Positions 31,655-45,786 of a stretch of DNA of 64,000 nt are shown here, piece by piece (the first letter of the stretch is position 1; every line of letters begins with the position of its first letter). A program made the position numbers and the translations under genes. The DNA lies in contig CAXWPH010000003.1 of NCBI GenBank assembly GCA_963666055.2, positions 64,001-128,000 on the forward strand, read 5' to 3'. The notes beneath the pieces are model-generated. The model saw only the letters and a list, made by a program, of their open reading frames with translations, was not told the DNA's origin and made no database searches. Source of the DNA: Acidobacteriota bacterium (GTDB lineage: Bacteria > Acidobacteriota > UBA890 > WLXD01).

Positions 31655-33280
31655 TCAGCCCGCCGTCGCCTCCGAGGTGTCGCCGACGCTGGCGCGAGTC
31701 CAGTCCCCGTTGACGTGACGCCAGGCGCCTTCTGGGTTGGCGTCGCGGAGCAGGCTCGGTAGACGGTGCTGACGAACGTTGTCGTAACACTCCAGCATCG
31801 CGAAACGAGCCAGCGAAGTCGGAATCCCGACCGCAGTGAAGCCCGGATGACCGGTAGCCGGGTAGGGGCCACCGTGGTTCATGGCCGCCGTGACAGCTAC
31901 ACCGGTCGGCATCTTGTCGTTCAGTAGCCGCCCGACGCGCCGGCGCAACGGCTTGGCGATGCGCTCGTAGAGGGCGTCGTCGTCGTTGCCGGTGTGGGAG
32001 TAGACGCTTCCGGTGAGGTTGCCCTCGAGGCGCTCGGCGATCTGTACCATCTGCGCAGCGTCGGTCGCCACGACGATGAGGTTGGAGTTGCCGAATGCCT
32101 CGGTTTGCAGGCCTTCTGGATTGGCTAGGAACGCCGCGCCGCTAGTACGTAGCAAGGTGTTCTGGAAGCGACAGCCTTGCCCCTCAATAGGCTCGCCGCC
32201 GGTGAGTAGCTCGGCGCCGGCCGTTTGAAGGGTGTCGACCGCAGCCACCAGCCCTTGCACCCCTCCGGCACCCAGGAGCGCCCCCACGTCCGAGCCTGCG
32301 AAGCGTGCGCGAAGGTCGTCGACAAAGGCCTCGGCGTCGTCGCCGGCCTGCACGACAACCACACCCGGGTTGGTGCAAAACTGGCCCGTACCCAGCAGCG
32401 CCGAGCCGACGAACTCCTCGGCAAGGGCCTCGCGGCGCTCGCCTAGCGCGCCCGGCAGCACGAACACCGGGTTGATGCTGGAGAGCTCGAGATAGATCGG
32501 CTTGCCGGCGCGGTCGGCGGCTTCCTTCAATACCAGCCCGGCGGCGCGCGAGCCCGTGTAGCCGGTGGCGGCCACCAAAGGATGCGCCACGAGATAGGCG
32601 CCGTCATCGTGCGATGTGCGGTAGATCATCTGAACCGTCGCCGCTGGTAGGCCGGTCTCCTGAAGAGCTGGAACCACGGCCTCGGCGAGCAACTGCGTGG
32701 TGCGCGGGTGGCTGGAATGACCCTTGGAGATCACCGGGTTGCCGGCAGCGATGGCAGCGGCGAAGTCGCCGCCGCAGGATCCGTTGAAGGCGAGTGGGAA
32801 GTTGTTCGGTCCGAACACCGCCACGGGTCCGCCCAAAGGACCGTACATCGATCGAATGTCGCTGGCGGTATCGATCGTCGGCTGTCGCCAGCTTCCACTG
32901 CGAGCAGCGGCGGCCGCCTGTCGCAGCTGATCGGTGGTTCGCGGCAACTCCACGTCCGCCAAGCGCGGGGACAACGGCAGCGCCGTCTCGAGGCTGGCGG
33001 CTGCGGTGATCTCGTCTTTGGCGGCGTCGATACGGTGAGCATAGCCATCCAGGAACGCGGCGATGCGCTCCGGCTCGGCATCGGCCAGGGTGCGGGCGGC
33101 GTCTGCGCCTGCGTGTAGCGCCGCGTCAATGTCGGCCCGACTGCTTACCGGGTAGACGTGAGGCAGCGGCTCGCCGGTATCCGGATTGGCGGCCTGGAAC
33201 GTTCCGGTGGCGTCGGCTGGTCGCCACTCTCCGTCTACGAGTATCTTCTCCACGGGCTGCTCCACTGCGATGAGTTCCAT
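31655..33280 (-). CDS. NADP-dependent aldehyde dehydrogenase, alpha-ketoglutaric semialdehyde dehydrogenase type
   Basis: FGPNNFPLAF, GGDFAAA, ELSSINP, GQFCTNPG, PTGVAV..AMNHGGPYPAT. Confidence 0.9.
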   Translation of the reverse strand: MELIAVEQPVEKILVDGEWRPADATGTFQAANPDTGEPLPHVYPVSSRADIDAALHAGADAARTLADAEPERIAAFLDGYAHRIDAAKDEITAAASLETALPLSPRLADVELPRTTDQLRQAAAAARSGSWRQPTIDTASDIRSMYGPLGGPVAVFGPNNFPLAFNGSCGGDFAAAIAAGNPVISKGHSSHPRTTQLLAEAVVPALQETGLPAATVQMIYRTSHDDGAYLVAHPLVAATGYTGSRAAGLVLKEAADRAGKPIYLELSSINPVFVLPGALGERREALAEEFVGSALLGTGQFCTNPGVVVVQAGDDAEAFVDDLRARFAGSDVGALLGAGGVQGLVAAVDTLQTAGAELLTGGEPIEGQGCRFQNTLLRTSGAAFLANPEGLQTEAFGNSNLIVVATDAAQMVQIAERLEGNLTGSVYSHTGNDDDALYERIAKPLRRRVGRLLNDKMPTGVAVTAAMNHGGPYPATGHPGFTAVGIPTSLARFAMLECYDNVRQHRLPSLLRDANPEGAWRHVNGDWTRASVGDTSEATAG

Positions 33281-33462
33281 CGGACGGTGCCGGCGTCTGT
33301 GCCGCGAAAGGCGCCGACAGTTTGGAAGGGCGGCGCGCCACAGAATCTACAACTCGTGGCTCGCACGCGTAGCCGGCCAGCGCGCCGCATGTCGGTGACG
33401 GTGCGCGCACGACGAGTTGCGTTCGCCAGCTCCGTTCGCTACGGGACGCCCAGTTTGCTCGA

Positions 33463-33489
33463 TTTGATCCGCGTGTTCACGGATATAAT
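33463..33489 (+). promoter_or_regulatory. Possible sigma70 promoter upstream of the fcl remnant
   Basis: Perfect TATAAT at 33484-33489; TTGATC upstream but with a short spacer. Confidence 0.35.
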
Positions 33490-33618
33490 GGCTCGAGTGC
33501 CGACTCTCCAGCGACGCTACCGGGCTTCCATTACCCGCCCTGGTAGGCGTTTGCTACGATTCCGGAACCGTTCGCGCCGCCGCGTCGACCGCCGTCGATC
33601 CCGGCGTTTCTGATCCCT

Positions 33619-33789
33619 ATGCTCGTTTCCAAGGACGCCCAGATTTATGTTGCTGGCCATCGCGGCCTCGTGGGCACGAGCGTTGTGCGGCACCTCCAAG
33701 AGCGGGGCTTCACCAACATATTGACTGCTACCCGCGACGAGCTGGACCTGCGCGACCAGCGGGCGGTAAACGCGTGGTTCGCGGCTCAC
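33619..33789 (+). pseudogene. fcl: GDP-L-fucose synthase N-terminal fragment
   Basis: IYVAGHRGLVG...TRDELDLRDQRAV..WF, then an abrupt switch to unrelated sequence. Confidence 0.85.
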
Positions 33790-35033
33790 GACACCGTGCT
33801 GCGCTACTCGCCCGAGGAAGCCGAGAAGGTCACCGGCATACCTGCGCCAACGACGCCGGCGCGACGCCGATCTACCTGCCGGGCTACCAGCGCGTCGACG
33901 ACCCCGAGGTGCACGCCAAGTACGAGAAGTCGTGGGGCGTGAAGCTGTCGCCTGAGCCCGGAATGAACCTCAACATCATGATGAAACAGGTGGGCAAGCG
34001 TATCAAAGGCATGTTTGTCATGGGCGAGGACATCGTCCTATCGGAGCCCAACGTCAAGCATCTCGAGGAGGGGCTGAACAACATCGAGTTCCTCGTCTAC
34101 CAGGACATCTTTCTCAACGAGACCGCCCGTTTCGCCGACGTGATCCTCCCCGCCGCGGTGTTTGCCGAGAAGGAGGGGACGTTTACAAACTCGGAACGTC
34201 GAGTGCAACTCGTGCGCAAGGCGGTGGAGCCGCCGGGCATGGCGCGACCCGACTGGGAGATCATCAGAAACCTCGCCAATGCCGCCGGAGCTTCGTGGAA
34301 CTACGAGACCGCCGCCGAGGTCTACGACGAGCTCGCCCGCGACACCCACCAGTTCGCCGGCATCAGCCACGCTCGCATTGACGCTGAGGAGCATCGCGGC
34401 AAGACCGGTATCCAGTGGCCCTGCCCGAATCCGCAACACCCGGGAACGGAGTTCTTGCACGAGGGTGGCGCGTTGCGCGGCAAGGCGCTCTTCGTTGCCG
34501 CCGACTACCGCCCGTCGATGGAGGTCGAAGACGAGGACTACGGGCTGCTGCTGTCAACCGGGCGCACTTTGTACCATTACAACTGCGCTACCCAGACGCG
34601 CCGTGAAACCGGCCTGGACATGAAACAGTCGGACCCGTTCGTCGAGATCCATCGCCGCGACGCCCGCAAGCGCGGCATCGAGCACGGCGATCTCGTCGAG
34701 GTTTCGACGCGCCGCGGCGCCGTCCAGTTGCGCGCCATGGTCTCGCGCCAGGTGCGCCCGGGCTGTATCTGGATGCCGCTGCACTTCGCCGAGGCGCGCG
34801 CCAACCTGCTCACCAACGACGCCGGCGATCCGGTCACCCAGACGGCCGAGTACAAGGTCTGCGCCGCCGAGATCACCAAGCTGGCTTCGGCGACTGAGTC
34901 CGAGCGCGCCGAGCTGTTCCCGGGTACCTACTACGGCATTCAGGGCCCCGGATACCATGTCACCGAGTTCAAGGGCGGTGCCGCTGCGGTCGCCGTTCCC
35001 GTGCTGCACAGTCCTGACCGCGGCCAAGGCTGA
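33790..35033 (+). pseudogene. C-terminal part of a cytoplasmic FdhF-type formate dehydrogenase alpha subunit (5'-truncated, internal deletion)
   Basis: YSPEEAEKVTGIPA joined to NDAGATPIYLPGYQ; QDIFLNETA, EKEGTFTNSERRVQ, LSTGRTLYHY, AEYKVCA. Confidence 0.85.
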
Positions 35034-36674
<1,641 letters not shown>

Positions 36675-36701
36675 CGGAGACTCCCGATCTCAGGACTATC
36701 G

Positions 36702-39671
36702 ATGCGTCAGATCTTTCCTGACCACGAGCGGCGGCCCGGCGACGTGCGGGGTAGCTTTCAGGATCTGATGCAGTGGCGCGTCCGCCGCGTGCTGCTGGTT
36801 TCGAGCCTCTACGACTCGTTCATGTTCGCGGAGGATCGGCTCGCCGACGCTTTGGTGCTCGGCGAGTTCCTGGGGGTCGAGCTTTCTACCCTGCCTGAGA
36901 TCCACCGCGTCTCGACCGGATCGGAGGCGCTCGACGAGGTCAAGCGGCGGCCCAGCTACGACCTTGTGATCAGCTCAACGAGGGTGGGCGAGATGCACGC
37001 CCAGGAACTGGCTCGCGGTCTGCGCGAGGCGGGCATCGAGGTGCCGATCATCATGCTCGCCTACCACGAGCGCGAGCTCAAAGACTTCATCCGCGCTCAT
37101 GGCCTCTCCGATATCGATCGTGCCTTTCTGTTCCAGGGTGACATTCAGTTGTTCCTGGCGATCGTGAAGTGGGCCGAGGACCTGATGAACATCCAGCACG
37201 ACGTCGACACGATGGGCGTCCAGGTGATCCTCGTCATCGAGGACAACATTCGCTACTACTCGTACTTCCTGCCGGTGATCTACACAGCCGTGCTCCAGAA
37301 CACCGCCAGCCTGGTGCCGGACGGCATCAACCTGGCTCATAAGCTGCTGCGCGTGAAGGCGCGCCCCAAGATCGTGCTTGCCAGCGACTACGAGCACGCC
37401 TGGGACTATTTCCAGACCTACGAGGCCAACATCCTCGGGGTCATCTCCGACGTCGATTTCCCCAAGGACGGCGAGCTCTGTGCGGACGCCGGTGTGCAGT
37501 TCGCGCGCGAGGTGCTGCAACGCCACAGCGACGTGCCGGTCGTGCTCGACTCCGGACGGCGCGAGAACGCGGCGCTCGCTGAGGCGACCGGAACGTCGTT
37601 CCTTCACAAGTACTCGCCGACGCTTCTGCAGGAGCTGAGTCGGTTCATGGGACGGAACTTCGGGTTCGGACCCTTCGTCTTCCGCATGCCCGACGGCACC
37701 GAGGTCGCCCGCGCCCGCGACCTCCGACAGCTGGAGCGTGCCCTGCACACCGTGCCGGCCGAGAGCATCTGGAATCACGCCGAGCACAACGACTTCTCCA
37801 CCTGGCTCAAGGCACACACCGAGTTCGACATCGCCTACCGGTTCCGGCCGCTGAAGATCTCGCAGTTCGACGGGGCGGAGTCCCTGCGCCGCTTCGTGAT
37901 TGACGCGATCCGCACCCATCGCGAGGAACGCCGTCGAGGTGCGGTGGCCGATTTCGAGGCTGGCCGCTTCAATCCGGAGCGTAGCTTCGCCCGCATTGGT
38001 GGCGGGGCGCTGGGCGGCAAGGCTCGCGGTCTGGCGTTTGCGCGCCGGTTGTTGAAAGACTTCGGTGAGGATCGCTTCGAGAACGTGCGTCTCGCCGTAC
38101 CGCCGAGCGTCATCATCGGGACCGACGTTTTCGACGAGTTCCTCGACGCCAATGACCTGCGCGATTTCGCTCTGCGTGCCGAGGACGATGACGAGATCGA
38201 GGCGCGCTTCGAATCGGCGCCGTTCCCGCTCCGAATCCAGCGCGACCTGCGTTCGTATCTGGAGCTGGTCCACTACCCGTTGGCGATACGCTCGTCGAGC
38301 TTGCTCGAGGACGCCAAGTATCAGCCGTTCGCCGGTGTCTACCAGACCCTCATGATCGCCAACAATCACGCCGACGTCGACGTGCGGCTGCCGCGGCTGA
38401 TCCGGGCGGTAAAGCGCGTGTACGCTTCGACGTTCGCGCAGCGCGCCAAACGCTACGTGAGCGCCACGACATATCGGCTCGAGGGCGAGAAGATGGCCGT
38501 GATCGTACAACGAGTCGTCGGCGCCCTGCATGGGGAACGCTTCTATCCCGAGCTGGCCGGTGTCGCCCTGTCCCAAAACTTCTATCCGGTCCATCCGGTC
38601 AAGGCGGAGGACGGTCTCGCCGCGGTCGCGCTCGGGCTCGGCGAGGAGGTCGCCAGCGGCGGTATCTGTCTACGGTTCTCGCCACGCCACCCAGATCGCC
38701 TCCTGCAGATGTCCTCTGCCGGAGACGCGCTGCGCAACTCACAGCGTGAGTTCTTTGCCCTGTCTGTCGGCAAGACCGGTCGAGCGCGCCAGGGCGAGAT
38801 CGAACGCTACGACCTGAGCGTGGCCGAGGAAGACGGAACCCTCGCCGTCGTGGGGTCGACGTACTCACCGGAAAACGATGTCATCTATGACAGCTTGTCA
38901 CGCCCCGGCACGCGGCTGGTCACCTTCGCCCCGATCCTCAAGCATGGCCTGTTTCCGCTGGCACCGATCCTGAGCGATCTCCTCGAGCTGGGAACCTACG
39001 GAGCCGGGGGCCCAGTGGAGATCGAGTTTGCCGTCAACCTGTCGACACCGCCCGGTACGCCGAAGCAGTTCGGGTTCCTGCAGTTTCGACCGGTTGTGCC
39101 GGCGCTCGATCCCGGCGGTGCGGACATCAACGGCTACGAGTCCGGCCAGCTGGTCTGTCAGAGTGGCAGCGTTCTGGGATCCGGCAGGTTGGACGATATT
39201 CACGATCTCGTCGTCGTTGATTCCGATGCCTTCGAGCGCAGCCAGAGCCGCGTGGTGGCCGCGCAGATCGCTGCTTTCAACGCGCGGCTGTGCGCCGCCG
39301 AAACGAGCTACGTGCTCGTTGGCGTGGGGCGGTGGGGCTCTGCCGACCCGCTTCTCGGAATCCCCGTATCGTGGGACCAGATCTCGGGAGCGCGCGTCAT
39401 CGTCGAGGCCGGGTTCCGCGATATGGCGGTGAGCCCATCGCAGGGAACGCATTTCTTCCAGAACCTGGTGGCCAACGATGTCGGCTACTTCACGGTTAAT
39501 CCGGAGGCCGGCGAGGGCCTCGTGGACTGGGAGTGGCTACGCGGCTGTCCGGCAAAGGACGAGACCCCCTTCGTGCGCCACGTCCGACTCGACATGCCGG
39601 TTACGGTGCTGATGAATGGCACGCGCCATGAAGGCGTGATTCTGAAGCCAGGGGTGGCCCGGTCCACTTGA
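36702..39671 (+). CDS. Receiver-domain plus PEP/pyruvate-binding (PPDK/PPS ATP-grasp) protein of unknown function
   Basis: REC-like VIEDN...ISDVDFP...DSG...FLHK; LGGKARGL, AIRSSSLLED..QPFAG, KMAVIVQ, GLGE, EIEFA, LQFRP; C-terminal SQGTHFF. Confidence 0.88.
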   Translation: MRQIFPDHERRPGDVRGSFQDLMQWRVRRVLLVSSLYDSFMFAEDRLADALVLGEFLGVELSTLPEIHRVSTGSEALDEVKRRPSYDLVISSTRVGEMHAQELARGLREAGIEVPIIMLAYHERELKDFIRAHGLSDIDRAFLFQGDIQLFLAIVKWAEDLMNIQHDVDTMGVQVILVIEDNIRYYSYFLPVIYTAVLQNTASLVPDGINLAHKLLRVKARPKIVLASDYEHAWDYFQTYEANILGVISDVDFPKDGELCADAGVQFAREVLQRHSDVPVVLDSGRRENAALAEATGTSFLHKYSPTLLQELSRFMGRNFGFGPFVFRMPDGTEVARARDLRQLERALHTVPAESIWNHAEHNDFSTWLKAHTEFDIAYRFRPLKISQFDGAESLRRFVIDAIRTHREERRRGAVADFEAGRFNPERSFARIGGGALGGKARGLAFARRLLKDFGEDRFENVRLAVPPSVIIGTDVFDEFLDANDLRDFALRAEDDDEIEARFESAPFPLRIQRDLRSYLELVHYPLAIRSSSLLEDAKYQPFAGVYQTLMIANNHADVDVRLPRLIRAVKRVYASTFAQRAKRYVSATTYRLEGEKMAVIVQRVVGALHGERFYPELAGVALSQNFYPVHPVKAEDGLAAVALGLGEEVASGGICLRFSPRHPDRLLQMSSAGDALRNSQREFFALSVGKTGRARQGEIERYDLSVAEEDGTLAVVGSTYSPENDVIYDSLSRPGTRLVTFAPILKHGLFPLAPILSDLLELGTYGAGGPVEIEFAVNLSTPPGTPKQFGFLQFRPVVPALDPGGADINGYESGQLVCQSGSVLGSGRLDDIHDLVVVDSDAFERSQSRVVAAQIAAFNARLCAAETSYVLVGVGRWGSADPLLGIPVSWDQISGARVIVEAGFRDMAVSPSQGTHFFQNLVANDVGYFTVNPEAGEGLVDWEWLRGCPAKDETPFVRHVRLDMPVTVLMNGTRHEGVILKPGVARST

Positions 39672-39695
39672 CGGGCGTACTGGCGCGACCGATGA

Positions 39696-41597
<1,902 letters not shown>

Positions 41598-41738
41598 AGC
41601 GCGCTCGCCCCAAAACCGGGGAGTTGTAGCGGGTTCTTGCTCCGCGGCTGTGCATCCAACTACCATGCCGGTCTGCTGTTGCACGATGCCTGCACCAGTC
41701 CCTGTCAGGGTTGCCGCAGGGCACCTGCTGGAGTCGCT

Positions 41739-43583
41739 GTGGAGCTTCCCGAAACTATCGGCCGGTTCGAGATCGAACGCATCCTGGGCCGCGGCGCGAT
41801 GGGCGTCGTCTATCTGGCCAAGGATCCGGTCCTGGACCGCGAGGTCGCCGTCAAGGTTATTCAGCTGCACCCGGGCCTCGACGAGAAGGACGTCAGTGAG
41901 CTCAAGAGTCGCTTCGAGGTAGAAGCTCGCGCTGCCGCGAGGATGTCGCACCCCAACCTGGTGACCATCTTCGATGCCGGCCTGCAGGACGAAAGCCTCT
42001 ATCTGGCGATGGAGTACGTTCGCGGCGAAGGGCTCGACTCGATCATCGCATCCGACCGCCTACTCACCTACAAGGAAACCGCAGACATCCTGCTGCAGCT
42101 CGGCGGCGGGCTCGATCATGCCCACGATCACGGCATTGTCCACCGTGACATCAAGCCGGCGAACATTCTCATCAACCGGCGCGGCCAACCCAAGATCACC
42201 GACTTCGGCGTCGCCCGCGAGGCTACTTCGAACCTCACCACCACCGGGACGATCATTGGCACGCCGGCGTACATGTCGCCCGAGCAGATCACCGGGCACA
42301 AGGTTTCCGGTGCTTCCGATCAGTTCTCCTTGGCAGTCATGCTCTACGAGATGTTGACCGGCAGAAAACCGTTCTTCGGCGCGGGTGCTACCACGATCAT
42401 GTACAAGATCGTGCACGAGGACCCCGAGCAATTGAACGCCGTGCGCAAGACGCTCCCCGCGGGGATCAATGGGGTCGTGATGCATGCGCTGGCCAAGGAG
42501 CCCTCGGATCGTTATCCGAGCTGCTACGAGTTCGCCGAGGCGGTGCGTGATGTTCTGGGTGCGGCGCCGGCGGACGAGGCCGTCATGCTCGGTGCGACCG
42601 CCAAGCGCAAGGCGATGGAGGCCGACAAAAAGAAGAGCAAGGCGGAGGCTCCGTCGGCAGAGGCAGCCACCCAGCTTGCTGCTCCGGGCGCTGTGGTCAG
42701 CGAGGTGGTGGATCAGCCGGCGAATGCGGCGTGGCTGGCGAGCGTCACGGATTTCTTACGGACCACTAACGGCAAGATCGCCGCCGGCGGCGGTGCGGCG
42801 GTGCTGCTCGCGGTGCTGGCGATGGCCATGTTTGCCGGCGGCGGCAGCGAGTCGACCCCGGCCGCCGGGGCTCCGCCGCCGGTAGCGGAGCCGATCGTCG
42901 AGGTAGCGGCACCTGGGCCACTGGCGACCAGCGACCCGAGCGCCGTCGATACGGAGGCCGATCCCGAGGCGGACGAAACCGGCGCGGGTGACCCGGCGGA
43001 TGACGCAGTTGTCAATACGCTACCGGACCCCGAAGAACTGACGGCGGACGCTGATGCACCCCTGGAAGCGGCTCCTATCGAGGTGGCGCCGGCACCGGGA
43101 GGGGTGCTTTCCGAGGCAACGCTATTCGCTCTCGCAGAGGAGCAGCAGGCGACCCGTCGCCGCTACTTCCCGATGCGTGCGGTACCGGCGGCCCGCGTCG
43201 ATCCCGAGTCGACGATACCCGCCGAGTCGGAAGCGCAGCTCGCCCCGGTCGTGGCTCTGCCGCCGGTGGATCCGGTCCAGGTGCGAGGCAACATCGAGGC
43301 TCCTGAGCTGTTGGAGAAATCTGAGCTCGAGCTGCCGGACTGGGCCATCGAGCTGGGCCTGCCGCGGTACGTGCTGCTGGAACTGGTGATCGACCGTGAG
43401 GCACGAATTCGCCAGGTCAAGGTGGTTCGAGCCGTGCACCCCGAGCTCGAACGGCTCGCGATCGAGGCCGTGCGGATGTGGCGGTTCCGTCCCGCGGCTC
43501 GCGACGGGGTGCCGATCGACGTCTTCTTCAATGTGGCGGTAGCGTTCGATGAGCCGGGTGGCGGCGGAGCAGGACGCCCCTGA
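41739..43583 (+). CDS. Membrane Ser/Thr protein kinase with a C-terminal TonB-like domain
   Basis: GRGAMGVVY, VAVK, HRDIKPAN, DFG, GTPAYMSPE; TM helix; Pro/acidic linker; AIEAVRMWRFRPAARDGVP. Confidence 0.9.
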   Translation: MELPETIGRFEIERILGRGAMGVVYLAKDPVLDREVAVKVIQLHPGLDEKDVSELKSRFEVEARAAARMSHPNLVTIFDAGLQDESLYLAMEYVRGEGLDSIIASDRLLTYKETADILLQLGGGLDHAHDHGIVHRDIKPANILINRRGQPKITDFGVAREATSNLTTTGTIIGTPAYMSPEQITGHKVSGASDQFSLAVMLYEMLTGRKPFFGAGATTIMYKIVHEDPEQLNAVRKTLPAGINGVVMHALAKEPSDRYPSCYEFAEAVRDVLGAAPADEAVMLGATAKRKAMEADKKKSKAEAPSAEAATQLAAPGAVVSEVVDQPANAAWLASVTDFLRTTNGKIAAGGGAAVLLAVLAMAMFAGGGSESTPAAGAPPPVAEPIVEVAAPGPLATSDPSAVDTEADPEADETGAGDPADDAVVNTLPDPEELTADADAPLEAAPIEVAPAPGGVLSEATLFALAEEQQATRRRYFPMRAVPAARVDPESTIPAESEAQLAPVVALPPVDPVQVRGNIEAPELLEKSELELPDWAIELGLPRYVLLELVIDREARIRQVKVVRAVHPELERLAIEAVRMWRFRPAARDGVPIDVFFNVAVAFDEPGGGGAGRP

Positions 43584-43586
43584 CGG

Positions 43587-45096
43587 GTGCGCTACGTCAG
43601 CCTCGTCGATCTCGGCTCCAACAGCGCGCGCCTGGTTGTCTTCGAGCTTGATCCCGGCAAGGGGTTTCGCCTGGTTGACGAGATCCGTGAGGTCGTCCAG
43701 CTGGGCGCCGGGATCGCCCAAAACGGTGAGCTGAGCGACGGCGGCATCGCGCGGGCGCTTGCGGCGGTGCGGACTTTTTCCGACTTTGCCAAAGCTGCGG
43801 CGCTCCCGAACCCACGCGTCATGGCAACGTCTGCGGTGCGCAGCGCCGCTAACCGCGAAGCGCTCCTGCATCCGGTTTCGCGAGATCGGTATCGAGATCG
43901 AGGTGCTCAGCGGTGAGGTCGAAGCGGCGCAAGGGGTCTTGGCGGTGGCCAACAGCTTCGCGCTCAGCGACGCGTGGGTGATCGACCTCGGCGGCGGCAG
44001 CATGCAAGTTTCGCAGATGCGCGACCGGTCCTGCGTCTTTGGGAGCGCTTACCCTTTCGGTGCGATCCGAGCCTCGGAGCAGTTTCTGGGCGAATCGGAC
44101 CCGCCACGCCCGCAGGACATTGAGGCGCTCCGGGACGCCGTCGACCGCGATCTCGGCTCGTTGTTGTTGCGGATGCGCGCTGAACCCCTCCCGGTGATCG
44201 TCATGGGCGGCACGGTGCGCAACCTGGCGCGCGCCATTCAGCGCGCCGAGGGTTATCCGTGGCCGCAGATGCACGGCTATTGCCTCGATGGACGAGCCCT
44301 CGAGATGCTGGTCGCGCGGTTGCGGTCACTGTCGGTTGGCGAGCGTGCAGGGGTGGCCGGGATCAACCCGTACCGTGCTGATTCGGTGCTCGCCGGGGCG
44401 CTGGTGCTTCAGCACGTGTTGTCGCAGGCCGGGCTATCGAGCCTTACCGTCTCCGGCTATGGAATGCGCGAAGGGGCCCTGATGCAGGAGTTCCTTCCGG
44501 CCCCGCACCTGATCGAGGACGTGCGCGCCTTTCACGTAAGCAACCTAGCGTGGTGCTACCCACAGCCCGAGGACCACACCCGTCGGGTGATTGACCTGTC
44601 GCGTCAGCTGTTCGACGCTCTCACCCCGCTGCACGGGTATGGTGGTCCGGAAGCGGAGCTGTTGGCGGCCGCGACCGTGTTGCACGATGTCGGCAAGATC
44701 GTTGGCCACCGCGGCCACGCCAAACACGGAGAGTACCTGGTGGCGGGGGCGACCCTAGGGGGCTTTGATCATCGCGAGCAAGCCCTGCTGGCGTTGCTGG
44801 TGCGCTTTCATGATGCCGGGTACCCCAGCGGCTCGTCCTATCGATCGGTCCTGCGCGACGGCGACCATCGTGTGCTGGCGCAGCTAACCGTTTGCCTGCG
44901 ACTGGCGGAGTGCCTCGACCGCTCCCTAACCGGACGCGTCAAAGGGGTGGGCGCCGTGATCGACGACGAAGAAGTGACGCTCCAGCTGCGGGCTGACAGT
45001 GAGCCTTGGGTCGAGCTCTGGGAGACACGTAGGCAGGCGCCCCTGTTTCTTTCAGCGTACGAGCGCCGGTTGGCGCTCGTCGTGGCGCCCGCCTGA
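43587..45096 (+). CDS. ppx: Ppx/GppA exopolyphosphatase with an HD domain; +1 frameshift near 43873
   Basis: DLGSNSARL, ATSAVRSAAN, LSGEVEA, IDLGGGS, GMREG, LHDVG. Confidence 0.88.
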
Positions 45097-45120
45097 AGGC
45101 CGCTACCGACCGAAGCTGTG

Positions 45121-45618
45121 TCATCGTTTGTGGAGAAGACGCGGCGGCAGAAACCACAGAAGTCGACCGCAGGCGGGCTCGACGCACGACCAGCCATCGG
45201 GTGCGAGCTCGATGCAAGCGACCGCGGCGGTGGGGAAAGTCACCGATGCGGCCCCCAGCAGCAACGACAAGGTGGCCGATAGCCCGGGCTCGTGGGCGAC
45301 CAGCATGACCGTTTCCAGGCGGTCATCGATCCCGCCGATCACGTCGAAGATCGCGGATGGAGGCGCTTCGTAGAGTGCCTCCTCGAGGCGCAGGTCGGCG
45401 CTCCAATCACCTGCCTGGTGGGCGATCTCGGCGGTCATGCGCGCCCGCGCCGCCGTCGAGCAAACGACCTGCTCCGGGGGGCGCCCCGTTTCTGTGATCC
45501 AGCGGCCCATCGCCTTCGCGGCTCTTTGCCCCCGAGCGTTGATCGGTCGCTCGTGGTCGGATCCGAAAGCCGCCCCCCAGTCGGATTTCGCATGCCGCAT
45601 CAAGTACACGGTTCTCAA
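45121..45618 (-). CDS. sixA: SixA-like histidine phosphatase
   Basis: MRHAKS, DHERP, STAARARMT, VAHEP. Confidence 0.88.
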   Translation of the reverse strand: MRTVYLMRHAKSDWGAAFGSDHERPINARGQRAAKAMGRWITETGRPPEQVVCSTAARARMTAEIAHQAGDWSADLRLEEALYEAPPSAIFDVIGGIDDRLETVMLVAHEPGLSATLSLLLGAASVTFPTAAVACIELAPDGWSCVEPACGRLLWFLPPRLLHKR

Positions 45619-45786
45619 GTGCCGGTTCCTGCGTGCCGGTGTGATTTCGCTGGCAGCTCCCTATACTAAAGTCTCTTGCGCCGCCGACTTTGCTGCCCTG
45701 CGCGGCGCTCGCTTCCCACATCCGTGATCGCGGCGCCCTATGCAATCAGAACTGCCCGCCGGTGTCGATGCCGACCAGCTCCGGTC

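Noticed and set aside
33535-33552. Possible ops/JUMPstart element before fcl
   Set aside because: CCCTGGTAGGCGT does not match GGCGGTAG well enough
36702-39671. Annotation as PEP synthase or pyruvate phosphate dikinase
   Set aside because: No pyruvate-binding barrel and no canonical GGxTSH motif
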